A stretch of 64,000 nucleotides of DNA from Mobula hypostoma (GCF_963921235.1 NC_086105.1:39804001-39868000); one strand, 5' to 3'; shown: positions 38,323-51,714, counted from the stretch's first letter. A program made the numbers and translations. The notes: generated from the letters alone by a model not told the origin.

Positions 38323-39691
38323 AACTTCATTAGCTATCATTGCTTATTATAGATTTCTGTTTTTCCGTCATACACTCCTTTAAAAAAGTAATGTTTAATA
38401 GTAATCATTGTCCACTGTATTGAGTGAACAGATTTTAAATTTCCAAAAGTTTTAAATTTCTATATATAAAGCACTTTATTCCGTGAAATTGTATGATATG
38501 AATTCCTTTTAAAATTGAGTAAATTGATTTGAATATTTAATAAACTTAAAATATCAATGAAACAAAGTACTTGTGTTAAAGAGCAGTGATCTGTAAAATT
38601 AGAAGGGCTTTGACCTTACAGTATTGGAAGTGATTAATGATAAAATTGGAAGTTTTAACCATACATAAAAACTGTACATTTTTTGAGAAGATTTAAAATT
38701 TAAGTCCTAGTACTGTCAAACAGTTACATATAGGCTGCCCATTGATAAGATCTGATCTGGTTGGCTGCTCTGATTACTTGGTCTTTTTGGCTCTGATAAT
38801 GTGATGGTGTGTTGCGTGCATCTGGGAGACTTCTTCCCCTTCCTTCTCCATTGTTTTCTTTATATTGATGGTCTTCTGACTTGTGAATATTTGTTCTTGT
38901 TCATTGACCTGTTTGATATAGAAATAATGTCATTGTGAAATTTTAAGAAGTCTTTGAGAAGAATAATAGTCTGCAGGGGACTTGCATGTTTGCAGTGGGG
39001 GGTTGGTGCAAGACTGAAATACAGAAACTATTTATTTTCAACTTCTGGCAAACATTTTCAACTCACTGCATATATAAAGCAACATCTGCAATTGTCATAT
39101 CAGCTACGTTAGATAGAGGTGATGTCTTAATATGATTTTTCTTGAAAGATTGAAACAATATGCTTTCTTCAACCATGAAATTTGGCTTTGTTATGGGGAC
39201 GCTAACAGACAAGATGTTTCTCAGGAATCTTCACAGGGATACCCAAATACCAATGGCACTTTGGAATGAGTTAATCTGACTGTGGCACTGAGTTTGCTAC
39301 TGAATTTGTCCGAGTGTACCTTCCACCGAGTGAAAGAATACCTCCACATGAACACTCTAAATAGAAAGTGTAGTGACTCCCCCCATAGCATTGTAGGTGT
39401 TTGCTTATTAATGCTTAGAACCTATGATATTTCAGAATGATTAATTGCTGAAATGAAAGCAGCTAATGCTGAAAAAGCTCAGCAGGATAGGTAGCACCTG
39501 TGGAAACAGGAAATGGTCAAAGTTGGAGGCTGCTATCCTCATTAGAACTGTGAAAGAGAAAGACAGTGTCCCATTTTGTTTCTCCACCTTTTCCTTTTTC
39601 TGACAAAGTATCACGGCTTCCTCCACCCCACCCCAAATATTGGCACTTTCAATAGGTGTCACCTTTCCTGCCATGTTATTCTCACCCTTTT

Positions 39692-40318
39692 AGGTTTAGA
39701 TTTAGATTATGAAGACACACTGTCCTCTTTTATTGTCATTTAGTAATGCATGCATTAAGAAATGATGCAATATTTCCTCCGGTGTGATATCACAAAACAC
39801 AGGACAGACCAAGACTGAAAAAAACGAACAAAACCGCATAATTATAACATATAGTTACAACAGTGCAACAATACCAAAACTTGATGAAGAAGTCCATGGG
39901 CACAGTAAAAAGTTCAAAGTCTCTCAAATGTCCCACATCCCACGCAGACGGGAGGAGGAAGAAAAACTCTCCCTGCCACTCCTGACCACGGTCCGATTCT
40001 GAGTCATCCGAAAACTTCGAGCTCTGATCAGCTCTCCGACTCCAAGTACTGAGCACCATCTCTATGCGAACAATTCGACCTCCATCTCGGTCGCCAACAG
40101 CAGGCAAAGCCGGGGATTTTGAGGCCTTCCCTCCAAAAGATTCTGGATCACGCAGTAACAACAGCAGCGAACTGGCGTTTCAGAAATTTTTTCAGATGTT
40201 CCTCTGTACTTTCACGTCCGTCTCCATCAAATCAGAATTGTCCACAGCCTCTATTTAACGGATATGATATCATTTTTCACCGGAGGGCTGCGCACGTGCG
40301 GCGTGCTGTTCTCTCTCC
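39692..40318 (-). mobile_element. CpG-rich non-autonomous LINE derivative with a Rex1/L2-like tail, inserted in Penelope fragments
   Basis: Tail ...ctaaatgacaataaaagaggac...ataatctaaatctaaa; imperfect TSD TCTCACCCTTTT/TCTCGCCATTTT. Confidence 0.65.
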
Positions 40319-41951
40319 TCTCGCCATTTTCTGCTTTATTTCAGATTTTCAATGCCTGCCTTCTTTGATTTTCATTTACTGGTTGAATCCTGAGACAGGT
40401 TAAAGTTAGAAAGCAAGAAGATGAGAAATAAAAGAAAGACTATGCCATTTGGCTCATGACTGCTCTGCCATTCAGTAGATCAGGGGTAATCTTCTACCTC
40501 TATGTTGTCTCTCTTCAAGACTCACTGGAGATGTAAAAAGATCAGGAGCTCTTATGTCATTGGCCAGCTGTTGTGGTGGGAATTATGCAACAGTGCAAAA
40601 TGGCCAGCAGCCCATTTTTTATTGTAACACATTGTAACTAAAAGCATTCTGCATGTAGGTTATTTCCTAGAGAGAAGTAAGGATAATGGGGTCGGTGTTG
40701 GCAAGAGACACCAATGTAAAAGATCAGTCATGATCTCACTGAAGGGCAAAGTGAACGTCATAGGCCAATTGGAAACATGAAAGACTGCAGATGCTGGATT
40801 CTGGAGCAACACACAAAGAGTTAAGGAACTCAGCAGGTCAGACAGCATCTGTGGGTGGGGTGGAAAGATGGTCAACACCTGTTTTTTTCTATCTAGTGAA
40901 GCATATGCTTGTACCAGATGATGACTGGGATGGGGGGGATTATTCTCTGAGGAGATATAAATATACCAGGGCAATACTTTCTTGAGCTCAGTGGAACGGG
41001 GAATAATCTCACTGAATCATACAAAATTCTTGTGGGGTTTGACAGAGTAGATGCACAGACTGTGATCTTGAAATAAGAGGTCTGACATAGTGAGAAGGGA
41101 TTTCTACATCCTGAGGATATTCTGTACACATGGTGGCTGTGGTGGCTTAGTTACAAAGTATGCTCAAGATGGTGGTTGGCTGATTTTTAGCTGAGAGGCT
41201 TTAGATTTACAGGTTAAGTGCAGGGAAGTGCTGAGGCATAAGTGGAAAATCAGGTGCAAGGGACTGAGGATGGTGAATTTCTGAAGTTGTTCTTTCAGGA
41301 GCAGTAAATAATTGGAGAAATGTAAGGGAGGTAAATACATTTTGAAATATCAGGAATCTCAGGGCTCAGGGGAACAGGCATAGAAGAGTAATTGAAGCCT
41401 GAGACAGATCAGCCATATTGAATGCTAGGTAGGCTTGAGGGGCCAGGTGGCTTAGTCTTCCTATTTTCTGTATTCTTGTGAATGGTCCACTCCAGGTAAT
41501 ATTCTATTGTTTGATGAACCAGATTGTGAGTTTTGTCTGTGGTAATATGTTGTACTATATGAGGTCCAAAATGTAACATGCGGTAGGTTTGGCCCTACAC
41601 ATGTAAATTGATGCACTAAATTGCTGCTACTAACTCCACCCTGTTTGAGCCAGCAGAGGGGTTGTGTTGGTCAGAATCTGGTTGGAGCCAGAGGGTATGG
41701 AAAATGAGGTCTCTGGGGTGGGAGTGGAGGCTCTGCGGTAGTGGGGAATGGCTTGGTTGAAAGTTGTATTCTGGCAGCTGGTGAGCCAGGAGAGGTGTTA
41801 GTGGGTTGGGGTCTGAGATGGGTAGGTCGGCATTGTAGGCAGCTGTGTGTCTGAGGCCTGGGGTGGGGGGGGGGGGCAGTAGATAGCACAAGTCCTGAGT
41901 TTTTGGGGCTGCAGTGGGAATCAGTGCCAAGCTTGGGAGTAGGAAGGGAGA

Positions 41952-42207
41952 AACTCCACCATGGATGGTCCAAAGCAGGGTTGAAAGGAGCAGGGTTGGG
42001 CACAGGGCTAACAAACTCATCCACAAGAGCCCAGTGCTACAGAAATGCCAACAGATGCTCCAAAGACCTGGGGGAGGAAGGCTACACCAAGGCGATGGGG
42101 TATACCTGGGAAATCTTGAAAGACTAGTCCAGGACAGAAGACTCTGCTGATCTGCTGTCAGAGGTCTACGCCCCAGAAGGGGTGATGTGCTTAAGAAGAA
42201 GAAGAAG
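41952..42207 (+). mobile_element. Bipartite RTE-derived element with a 5' twister-ribozyme remnant
   Basis: 5' AACTCCACC...GGTCCAAAGC...AAAGGAGCAGGGTTGGGCACAGGGCTAACAA (RTE 5'-UTR type) joined to RTE ORF end (W.NLERLVQDRRL) and (AAG)n tail. Confidence 0.75.
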
Positions 42208-42444
42208 GAGGAGAGGGTTTGGGATCTAAAGGAGAGCAGTGTAAGGGAAGCAGTCCCACCCATTGGGATCTCTGCACTGGGCTGAGACCTGCTGAGGGAG
42301 AGCCCTTCAATCTTACTGCTGCAGAACAAGAAGTTGAAATTGGAGTTCCCTATGTTGGGCCAGTTCACAAGGATCTTAATTAAAACTTTTTCTACTAGCT
42401 CTCTAAAATGGCATTGCATGAGGAAACACATGATTATTTGTGCA

Positions 42445-42570
42445 TTAGATGCCAAGTTTCTTTAGCCTCTTGAGGAAGTAGGGGCATCGGTGAGGTTTCT
42501 TGGCTGTGACATCAATGTGGTTGGACCAGAAAATATGCACTCTGGAAACAGTGTTGATCAAATTGCAAAT
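42445..42570 (-). mobile_element. Rex1 fragment
   Basis: WSNHIDVTAKKPHRCPYFLKRLKKLG. Confidence 0.75.
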
Positions 42571-42654
42571 GTTCCAAGAAAAATCCCTGAAAGCCACCTT
42601 CGTAAAAGCAGTTAAAGTGTAAGACTTTACCTTTTTACCTGGCTCACAATGCCA

Positions 42655-43350
42655 ACTCACTAAACTCACTCAGTGGGTGAACTTCGTTATGAAGAAAGAA
42701 AAGCCTAATGGATGGCAAGTGTATGTCTGGACAAAAAAGACACACATTACATTATCAAGAAGAGCCATACCCCGTACCAACTCTGGAATAAATATTGGGA
42801 GTGCTGGCAGAGGACAATGTTTCTAGTTGAAATATGAACCTTAAAATGGAATCTTCACTGTTGCTAATGTTTAATATAGCATTTGGAAGATATGTGTTCC
42901 ACCATTACATTTTGCCCTTTAGAGCAGCATGTGTTTAGGAAAAAGGTTGATGAGATTATATGAGGAAGCAATAGGCCGAGCCAATGACATTCAGACGTGC
43001 GGAGTGGATGAGAAGCCCTATGATTGTCAGCCCCATAAGAAAAAGAACCAGAAAGATTGGATGCATGCTAAGTGCTGGCAAATGCATCATAAAGGTCAAA
43101 GACCACCAGTTTTTCAGAATGTTAAACACACCAAATGAGGAAGAATTAAGAAACTTTCTGTAACTAATCCAATACATGCACACATTCGTCCATCACGTTC
43201 GGACATCCAGAACCTAAGAGGACTAATGAAATAAGATACCAAATATTAGTGACCACAAATCCATGAAATAAGTTTTAGCAAACTTCAGGAGTTTCGCCAA
43301 GATGATACTGTCACATCACAATGGAGAAAAAAAGGCTCTAACTTTACAAG
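42655..43350 (+). mobile_element. Heavily decayed Gypsy pol (RT) fragment
   Basis: Frameshifted WVN..KEKPNG..VCLD, PYPVPTLE, VFRKKVDEI, ANDI, EELRNFL, LRGLMK. Confidence 0.6.
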
Positions 43351-46300
43351 TAGATGACAAAATGACAGCATGTACATATAACACACTTGATTGGCAAAAA
43401 CAAGTGAGCTCAGTAAAGGAGAGCTCAATAAAGTAGAGTTGGATCTGTATGTGAAAATTTCTAAATCTGTCTGTACATATTGAAATTTGTGGTAGAAAAT
43501 ATTCCTTAAAGGAAATGAAAATGGAGTATTAGCAACACTGCAAAGATTACTTTCAACGCCACAGAGCTCATTCTGAAATATTTCACTCTGAATAGAAATG
43601 CCATTCACCACAGGCAAAGTATGAGGTGAGAGATCCAGCTGTGAAGATATACCAGCTAATAAATGTAATGCTTACAACTCTGAGTGAGGTTGGAAATCGG
43701 AGGACAGATGGGCAAAGATGCAGAGTAGCAGACAATTTCTTTGCAAGTAATTTGGTGTGGCTTGAAAAGATGTAATAAATACAATCAGTACTGAGATTTG
43801 GTAAATCAGGAAAGATATTTTGCCTGTTATTATACATGGAATGTGCACATTATATCTCTCAGCCGCAGATGCCCTGTAATCTGAAAATAAAACACAAGAC
43901 ACAAATTTGATTCTTAAAGAGTATTTAAGAAACCAAGTTCTGGGAATAAGTAATACTGATGTGTATGAACAACAAATGTAAGCAAATTAGAGAGTTGTGG
44001 TGCAAATTACATTTACAATGGCTTTAAATGAGTTCTTATTTTGTGTATTTCGACAATCGTTCCTGGGTACATAATACATCATTAAAATTCATGAGTTTAA
44101 TTTTTAATTTGGTTAGATTGATTTCAAGAGAAAAGCTCTTATGTACCACTATCTTGATCTTCTTGAAGCAAGGAACAGGAAGAGGAAATTTGATAGATGT
44201 GTTTGAAATCATGAATATTTTTCTTCTATTGGGTAAAGTTTTAGTCAGTAGGGAAAAAGATGGTCAAGTAATAGGCCAAAACTGTGGAGGCGATATTTTA
44301 CTGTTTAACACACAGGGAGCTGCGATCAAGATTGCACTGCTTGAGAGGGTGGTGGAAGCAGTTTCAATAAGCAGATTCAGATGAATATGTGAAAGGCAAG
44401 GAATTACAGTGGCACAGAGGAAGGACAGGAAAGTGATAGTCTTCCTAAAGAATGATCCATCTGTGGAATATTATGTTATGATTACAAAATTTGTAAAGCT
44501 TCAATGTCTACAATGCAACATTCTTTGTAAAAGATGAAATACTTTTTTTAACTGGATATACTTTGCATCAGAAAGGGAACGTTACATATATAAAAGATAG
44601 GAACGCTGCTTTGGAGAGAAATGGGCATACAAAAATCAAGAGTTATGGCATTATGGTGTTCAGGTAATAGGTATTATCACAGACAGGGTATATGCTGGAT
44701 GTGATAAATTGTTAACAAAGAAATTGATAACAAGAATGGGTGAAACATGAGCATTTAATGTTTTTATAATACTGTTTGTGAAATGGATCATTGTAACTTG
44801 CAGAACTGAAACCTAGCACATATAAATAATGTAAACCATTGTCACAGCAAACATGTATCATGAATGCCCATGGATGTGCATCTTTCTGCCACGTGTTTGA
44901 AAGGCAATGTAAAGTGTCTGACCTTATTTACCCAAGTTGCCGGTGCTTTGAGTCATCATTTAGTTATTTCTTGCACCCTTTCAAGATTATGCACATAATT
45001 ATGTCTGCCTCTCAGTTTTGCTCTGTTGTTGGAGATGCTTTATTTTGAGTGAGAGGTTAAAGTCTGAGACCTTTTTGCCTGCTTTAATAATTCAAATAAA
45101 GGTTAATGATCCCGATTCTTTATGTTTATCCTTTGGCCTTCTTCCAGGTTTGACATTTACCAAAAAGTATCTTTTAACAGTTTTCTGTGAGTGCCATTCT
45201 GTGATATTGCTTACCTAAACACATTTCAGACAAACTTGCTGAATACAAAGCAGTTTGAAATATATATGTAAACATGTATTCTGAAATTCAAATATGCTAT
45301 ACTTTCAGTGGATTCCAATTGAAAGTTGATTTTTATGTTTTGGAATAAAATGTGAAAGCAAACACTTTTTGTCAGTGTGTGGTGACGTAACTCTACAAAT
45401 ATAACGAGGTACTTCTGGGCCACATTTTAGTTTCATGCATTGAGGCAAATTCCCCACACAGCACTGCTTTTGTATCATTATAGGCCACCTTGGACCACAT
45501 TGCCTCAGGAGAGACCATGTTGGAGACAATCTGAACTTCTGAATGAAGAGTTGGTCAGTTAATAACTTCCATTAATCCTGGCCCCTAATTTATGAACACA
45601 CTATCAAACCCTTCCCCCAGTGAGTCCTACAGTATTGACAAAACAATGAATCAATGAAGTTCTGTCTTGAACCCAGAGTCCAAACATAGTGTGAAATGCT
45701 GGATGTTGTCTGCAGCAGGAAGATGGAGATCCATGGGCAGAACATGATGGGTACATCTTGGGAGGACATTGACCAAAGTGTTGACCTTTTATCAGATTAC
45801 GTCAAGAACTCCCAACAGTTGACCTCTATTTTCAAGGCAGTGAGATGTACTCAAATTGGTTTCCTTCTTAAATTACTTCTGTCATATTTTACTTCACTCA
45901 CTAATGTAACATGGAAGATGTCAGCACGTGTCAGGTTTATGATGCATGAGTTTGTAAGAGTAAAAGCTATTTCTTGCCCTCATTAACCAGTGGGAGAATG
46001 TGACAGAAAAGCTCATTACCATGGCTTGGCATCAACTATATTAATCAATCTGTTCATATTTTTGGAAGGTTAAGATCTTTATAATGAATCATAATGCTGT
46101 GATGAAAAATAAGAAGATAGAGTTTGCATTTACCTCCTCAGGAAGTAATTTTAAAGTTTAATTAACCACTGTCCAAGAAATAGTTTAATATTTATTCAGA
46201 AAGTTCCATTTGTTCATATAATTGCTTCATAACCTTGACACTGGGTCGTGACATAAACAGGATGGAGAATGTAATTTAAATAATGCTATTTTTAAGGCTT

Positions 46301-46994
46301 GGATAGTGATGAGGAAAGGGTACTTTTGGAAAAAGAGAACCTGAACATAAAAATAAGTCAAACTTCAGTTCATTGAGTTGGACCTCAACTGGAGGATCCT
46401 GGCTTTGCATTAAGTCTGTATACAGAGCATCTTGCCACTGTCATTAAGGTGGACAATCCCATAGATGCAAATCTCACTCCCCGAGCAAAGATTTCTCCCA
46501 TTACTGAGAAACCAGCATCTAGAATTGGTGGTCTCAGTTATTTGAAGATCCACCAAACTGACAGACCTCATCACTGATTTGAGGGGATTATCTCCAAGTC
46601 GTAAAAACATAAGAAAGAGGAGCTGGAGTAGCTATTTGGTCCTTTGAAGCTGCTCTGCCGTCCCTATGGATCTTAGCTGATCTTCTACCTCAGTGCCATT
46701 TTTCATCACTATCACCCTATCTCTCAATTCCTGCCATATCCAGAAATATATCAAAATCTCTTTGCATAAAATTGATGATTGTTTCCACAGCCTCCTGAGA
46801 TAGAGAAATTTCTCCTTATCTCAGTCCTAAGTGGCCTACCCCTTTTTCACAAACTGTGCTGCCCTAGATTCAAACTCTTTAAGAGGAAGCTTCCCTAAAT
46901 CTACCCTGTCATGCCTTTAAAAGTTAATTTTTAAACTTTGAAGGGATCTTCTCTCCTTCTAAACTTTGCTGAATACAGTCTCAGTTTACTTGGT

Positions 46995-47134
46995 GACACA
47001 AGAAATTCCGCAGATGCTGGAAATCTTGAGCAACACACAAAATGCTGGAGGAACTCAGGAGGTCACCCAGCATCTAAGGAGGAAAATGAAAGTTAATATT
47101 TCAAACTGAGACCCTTCATTGGGACTGTCTAAAA
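46995..47134 (-). mobile_element. Penelope terminal-repeat-only insertion with 16-bp TSD
   Basis: TSD TCTCAGT(T/C)TACTTGGT at 46979-46994 and 47135-47150. Confidence 0.85.
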
Positions 47135-47254
47135 TCTCAGTCTACTTGGTCTCTTATTGTGCTGCAAACCCTTCATCTCTGGAACCAACATAATGAGTCT
47201 TGCTGGACTTGCTGTGTGACAAATACATCCTTTCCCATTTAAGGCTCAAACTTT

Positions 47255-47660
47255 CATCGTTGTGGCTATCCCTCGAGGTCAAGGATGATGGTCTTCATTC
47301 TGAAGAAGTAGCCCACAGAGTGAAGATGCCTGTGCATGTATTTGTTTAATGTGTACTTGATGTTGCACTCCAAGAAGCACACGATACTTCACAAATCAAC
47401 CAACTTATTCCAATGGCATGGAAACCACGACGATTGGAGCTGATGGATTTGTTGCAGCCCTCATCTGCCTTCACGGCTGTTGAGATCAAAGTAACTTGGT
47501 CCGTCTGTTCCACCATTGAGGTCTTGGATGGATTGTTCTTTGTCAGGGACCTCTCCCTTGTCCTTACTGCCATGGGTGACCCTACCAGGAGCATTGCTCT
47601 CGGGATTACAGGACCACACAAGCTTCTCCACCATGACAAGGTGACAATCCACGGAGAAGA
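47255..47660 (-). mobile_element. Bipartite RTE (BovB/Expander-type 5' end) non-autonomous element
   Basis: 5' CACCTTGTCATGGTGGAGAAGCTTG...GGGTCACCCA...GACAAAG; 3' ACCATCATCCTTGACCTCGAGGGATAGCC; perfect TSD CTCAAACTTT (47245-47254, 47661-47670). Confidence 0.85.
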
Positions 47661-48633
47661 CTCAAACTTTACACAACACTCAAGGTGCAGTCTCACCAAG
47701 CATTAGTACTTCCTTATTTCTGCAATCAAGTCCTCCTATAATGGAAAGGAATATAACATTCACCTGTGTACAAGCGTTCCCATCTCCCTATGAACATCAG
47801 TCCCTCATCATTCAACATACACATGGCTTTTCTGGGTTCTTCTGCGTTCTATACTTGATGTTCATAAGATTTCACAGGCTGAGATCATAGAGTAAGCACA
47901 TCCTTGTGAATAGCAAGTAACAGCACATAAAATTCAACAAGACATTGCCTCTGAATCAGTTGCTTATTATAGCACATCAATTTTACCATTTTGTTACCAC
48001 TAAACCCAATAGGACTTTTGTGTTGTACAGGACTGCTGAATTGCTGTTGCCTCACCTGACAGGCATACCTTGGGTTCCTCTGAGAAGCTAACCTCTATAA
48101 TTCCATCTTTAGGCCATTGCCAGCTTCCTATCAAGCTTGTGCATCTGGAGTGTGTTTCTTCTCATCATCTCTTTCTGTTCCTGTTGCCTTGTCTACTATA
48201 TATACAAATTCCTTCTGTTACATTAATTTATTGAATGTAGATCCCAGTCTTCAGGGTTATGCTCTATGTTCATTCAAACACTTCTGCCTGTCTACCTTTG
48301 TACTGGTCCTCAGTACCATGCACTTGAATTTTCACACTAACTTCCCACATGGGACTTTATGAAAAGCTTCCTGAAAGTACAAGTACATCACATCTCCCTT
48401 ACTTGTTTTGCAAATTGTGTCCTTAAAAAAAAAACCCTCAGTATGTTTATCAAATACAATTTTGTATTTTGAAATTCATGTCAACTTTGTTTAATTCTGT
48501 GGATACTTTCTAAGTGTCTTGTAATTTCATTCTTTTACAATCACCACTACCATTTCCCCATTACCAGTACTGGGCTAACCTGCCTATAGTTCCATTTGTG
48601 TTATCAAATTCCCAAGAATTATTTAGGATCTAT

Positions 48634-49337
48634 TGTCATAGTCCGGTCCGTGAAATCCATATTCCGGTTCAAGGTCCGGTCCATCGACCCTTGCTCCAGG
48701 TTTTCCTTTCGACCCTGTTTCTGTCCTTGTTGAGCTAATTGAGGCAACTGATGCTATTTGGGACTGGCTGCATAAATACCTCCAGAGAGCAGGGCCTGGT
48801 TGCTGGATTGTTCTTGTCCTTACTGCTTGGATTCCCTCCTCTGCCTTCTGTTTCCTCACCTGAAGCCCTGCCTTGTGTTGCCGGTAACTCTTGCCTCACC
48901 TGAAGTTCTCGTCTTGCCTTGCTTTGCCAGTAGCCTTGCCTTGTCTTGCTGTCTGGTCCTGGAGCCACCCTGTACCTAGCTCCTTTCCTGTCCCTTGCCT
49001 CCGCCCAGGTAAGTCAGGCCGTCTTGCCGTTACCTGGGGTTGGTTCTGTCCCTTCCTGTCCCTTGCGTCCACCCAGGTAAGCCAGGCTGTCTTGCCATTA
49101 CCTGGGGTTGGTTCTGTCCCTTCCTGTCCCTTGCCTCTGTCGGGTGGTGATCCATGCCTTGCCCAGGAGGAGCCTGCCAAATCTCAAGTCTCCTGCCTCA
49201 CCTCGAGCCTGTAGATTTCTAGGTTCCTGGTTTTCCTGTCCATGTCCTTGCCATCGTCCTGTATCCTAGTCCTGCCCCTAGTACTTTAGTGTCTGTGTCT
49301 TGCACTTGGGTCCGTTCCCAGCCGTGCCCTTATGACA
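48634..49337 (+). mobile_element. Gypsy-type solo LTR inside a decayed CR1
   Basis: TGTCATA...TATGACA termini, 5-bp TSD TCTAT, CATAAATA box at 48771, internal 68-bp tandem repeat. Confidence 0.92.
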
Positions 49338-51714
49338 TCTATAGAATTTTGGAAAATGATAACCAATGCACCTATTTCCATAACTAACTTCTTTAGAACT
49401 ATGGGATGCAAAAGATCAGGCTCTGGGTATTTCTTGATGCACCATCCCCACTTCTCTCATATTCTGCCCCATCCCTCTCCTAGGCAGCTGCTGTAAACCA
49501 AATACATTTTGAAAAGCCCTGTAGAGTCAGAATCAGACTGATCAAACAGATGAATGGAGGAAGTCACCCGGCTCAGAATCTTGATAAAGCCTGTTTCCTC
49601 CGCAGACACCTGAGACATATTTTGCATGTTGATGAACTGGAGATGGCTAAGTTCAATTTCAGCCTTGTGTGGTTATGACTTGTTATTTTAATCCTTATTT
49701 AGTCCTGAGCTCTTATCGTTGAATAAAACTTCATTAGTCTGGCAAAAGCTACACTTCAGCATCAGTCAATAATCTTTAATTAGCCGCCCAATTATTTAAT
49801 GGCATCACAGTGATATTGTTTTGATACAATAAAGAATTCACAATGATCATAAGGCTATATAGCTGTAGTAGAATCCATACCTTGGAAACAATTTTTTGCC
49901 AGCTTAATCTACCCCCAGTGCAAGTATTATTTTATATTACATTGTAACTTGTGACATATAGCATGATACATACAAAATTTGTATTACATAACATGTAAAG
50001 TATTATTCCATTAAGCTGTAGCTCTGCTGATTAAAAGTTTTATTGGTTCAGGTAGCTTTGTAAATTGGAAGGTATACATTAGTTGACTAACTCACAATTG
50101 CTCCATGGTGATCTATTGCTTTGTTTCGGTAATACAGTGAGGTTATCAGTGCAATAATACTGCACATTTCTTAGTAATTAAGTGGACTGATTTATCTAAA
50201 ATGGAGCTGAGCTCTCTGAGTATTGTTGGAGTTGTACTCATCCAGACAAGTCATGAATATTACATCATAGTCCTAACTTGTGCCTCGTGGATGGTGGAAA
50301 TACTTTGAGATGACTCATTTGTCAGAGGATACCAGACATTGTTCATTGTATGGGATGGGAATATTCTTGGATAGTCTTCTGGATAACAGTTTAATTTTAC
50401 ACTTCTATTCATAGCTAGGTGTGATATGACAGCAGATCTGTGTTAGGTCTCTGACAGGCAGCACACGTCATATTTTACAGTTTCGCAAAGTTGGAGCTTG
50501 GCTTTTAGGTATGTCCGCTCTTACCATGCCCTTCTGCAATCTTCATTGTATCCTTACTGGATGTGATTGGCTATATGCGGGATATGCCAGATTGTGTGCA
50601 GCCAAGACCCCATTGACATGTTGCTATAAATGTTAAGGATGCTCCAACACCATTCCAAGAGGACCCAAAGTTGTTGTTATAGATTGGGGATTAAGGAGTC
50701 ACACTGCACCCACTGTTTGGGCTGCCCTTCAAGCAGTTTATTGCTTCTTCCAACTTTGCAGATTTCTGCTGGAGGTCTCACTACAGGGATCAAAGCTCAG
50801 GGGCAAGTCAGCATCAGGCCCCTTGAGAATTGCTGGCAAAGATCTTTCAATGATTCCTAAACATCTCTGGGGGGAAAAAAACTGTGTGTCTCCAATGACA
50901 TAGATATAAATCATTAAAAATTAAAATCAAACTTTGAATCATTTTCAAATGCTGGAAATTAAATGAGAAAATGTTTAGTTAATTAGAAAAGTTCCCACAC
51001 CCAAATGAGTCAGGCCACAATACACAAAAACTGAGGGGCCAGGTGAGAAGTACATCCTATCCCTTTGCTCACTGTGTTTGTACTTCACTCATTGATTTAG
51101 TGGTGGAATGAACATCTGACCCCAGCTTAATCCTGACTTCAGGATGGGTTTGCAAAGTGGGATTGTACTGACTCACACATTGCAGTTTGCTGGTGGTTCT
51201 CACTGAAACTGCTGGCTACATCTTTCTACACCAGTCCTTCCAAAATAAATGTCATGTCGTTCATACCCTTACCTTTTACCAAAGAGTGGACTTCTCTGTA
51301 ACAATAGTTATTGTTTCTCAGTGTTTGTGAAATACACTGAGTACTTTTCTTTTGGTATTCTGAAAGAGTAGTATTCTGGTTCATTTTGACTTGGTTCTAT
51401 TCTTATGCTAAATGATTAAGGTTTGATCCCAGGTCTAGTGATTATGAAGGAAGGTTGAAATATTTATTGCTTTCATTATCTATTTTCCTCAGGCTAAATA
51501 TACAAAAGGAACAATTCTTTTGGAAACAATTGAATTAAACTTGGCTTGATCTTTTGTGATTGAAACACTTTTTAAAAGTTTTGTTCAGAAGTTAAACTTA
51601 TCACAGGCAAATCTTGGCAATTTACAATTTTTAGTTCCGTAACACCATGGTTCTATTCACTTTGCTGAGGATGTGAAAGTGCCAGAACACTTCTAATAAA
51701 CTGAAGGGGTGAAC

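Larger units (their letters stand above)
46608..47720 (-). mobile_element. Decayed CR1 3' part with two nested insertions
   Basis: CR1 3' UTR at 46608; LVRLHLECCVKF at 47665-47700. Confidence 0.7.

Noticed and set aside
41631-41665. TAACTCCACC...GAGGGG as a second twister-like motif
   Set aside because: The P4 loop and the P2 3' strand are missing, and it is too short.
41616-42455. 279-aa ORF, the longest in the track
   Set aside because: It crosses repeat boundaries antisense, is low-complexity and Pro/Leu/Ser-rich, and has no domain motif.
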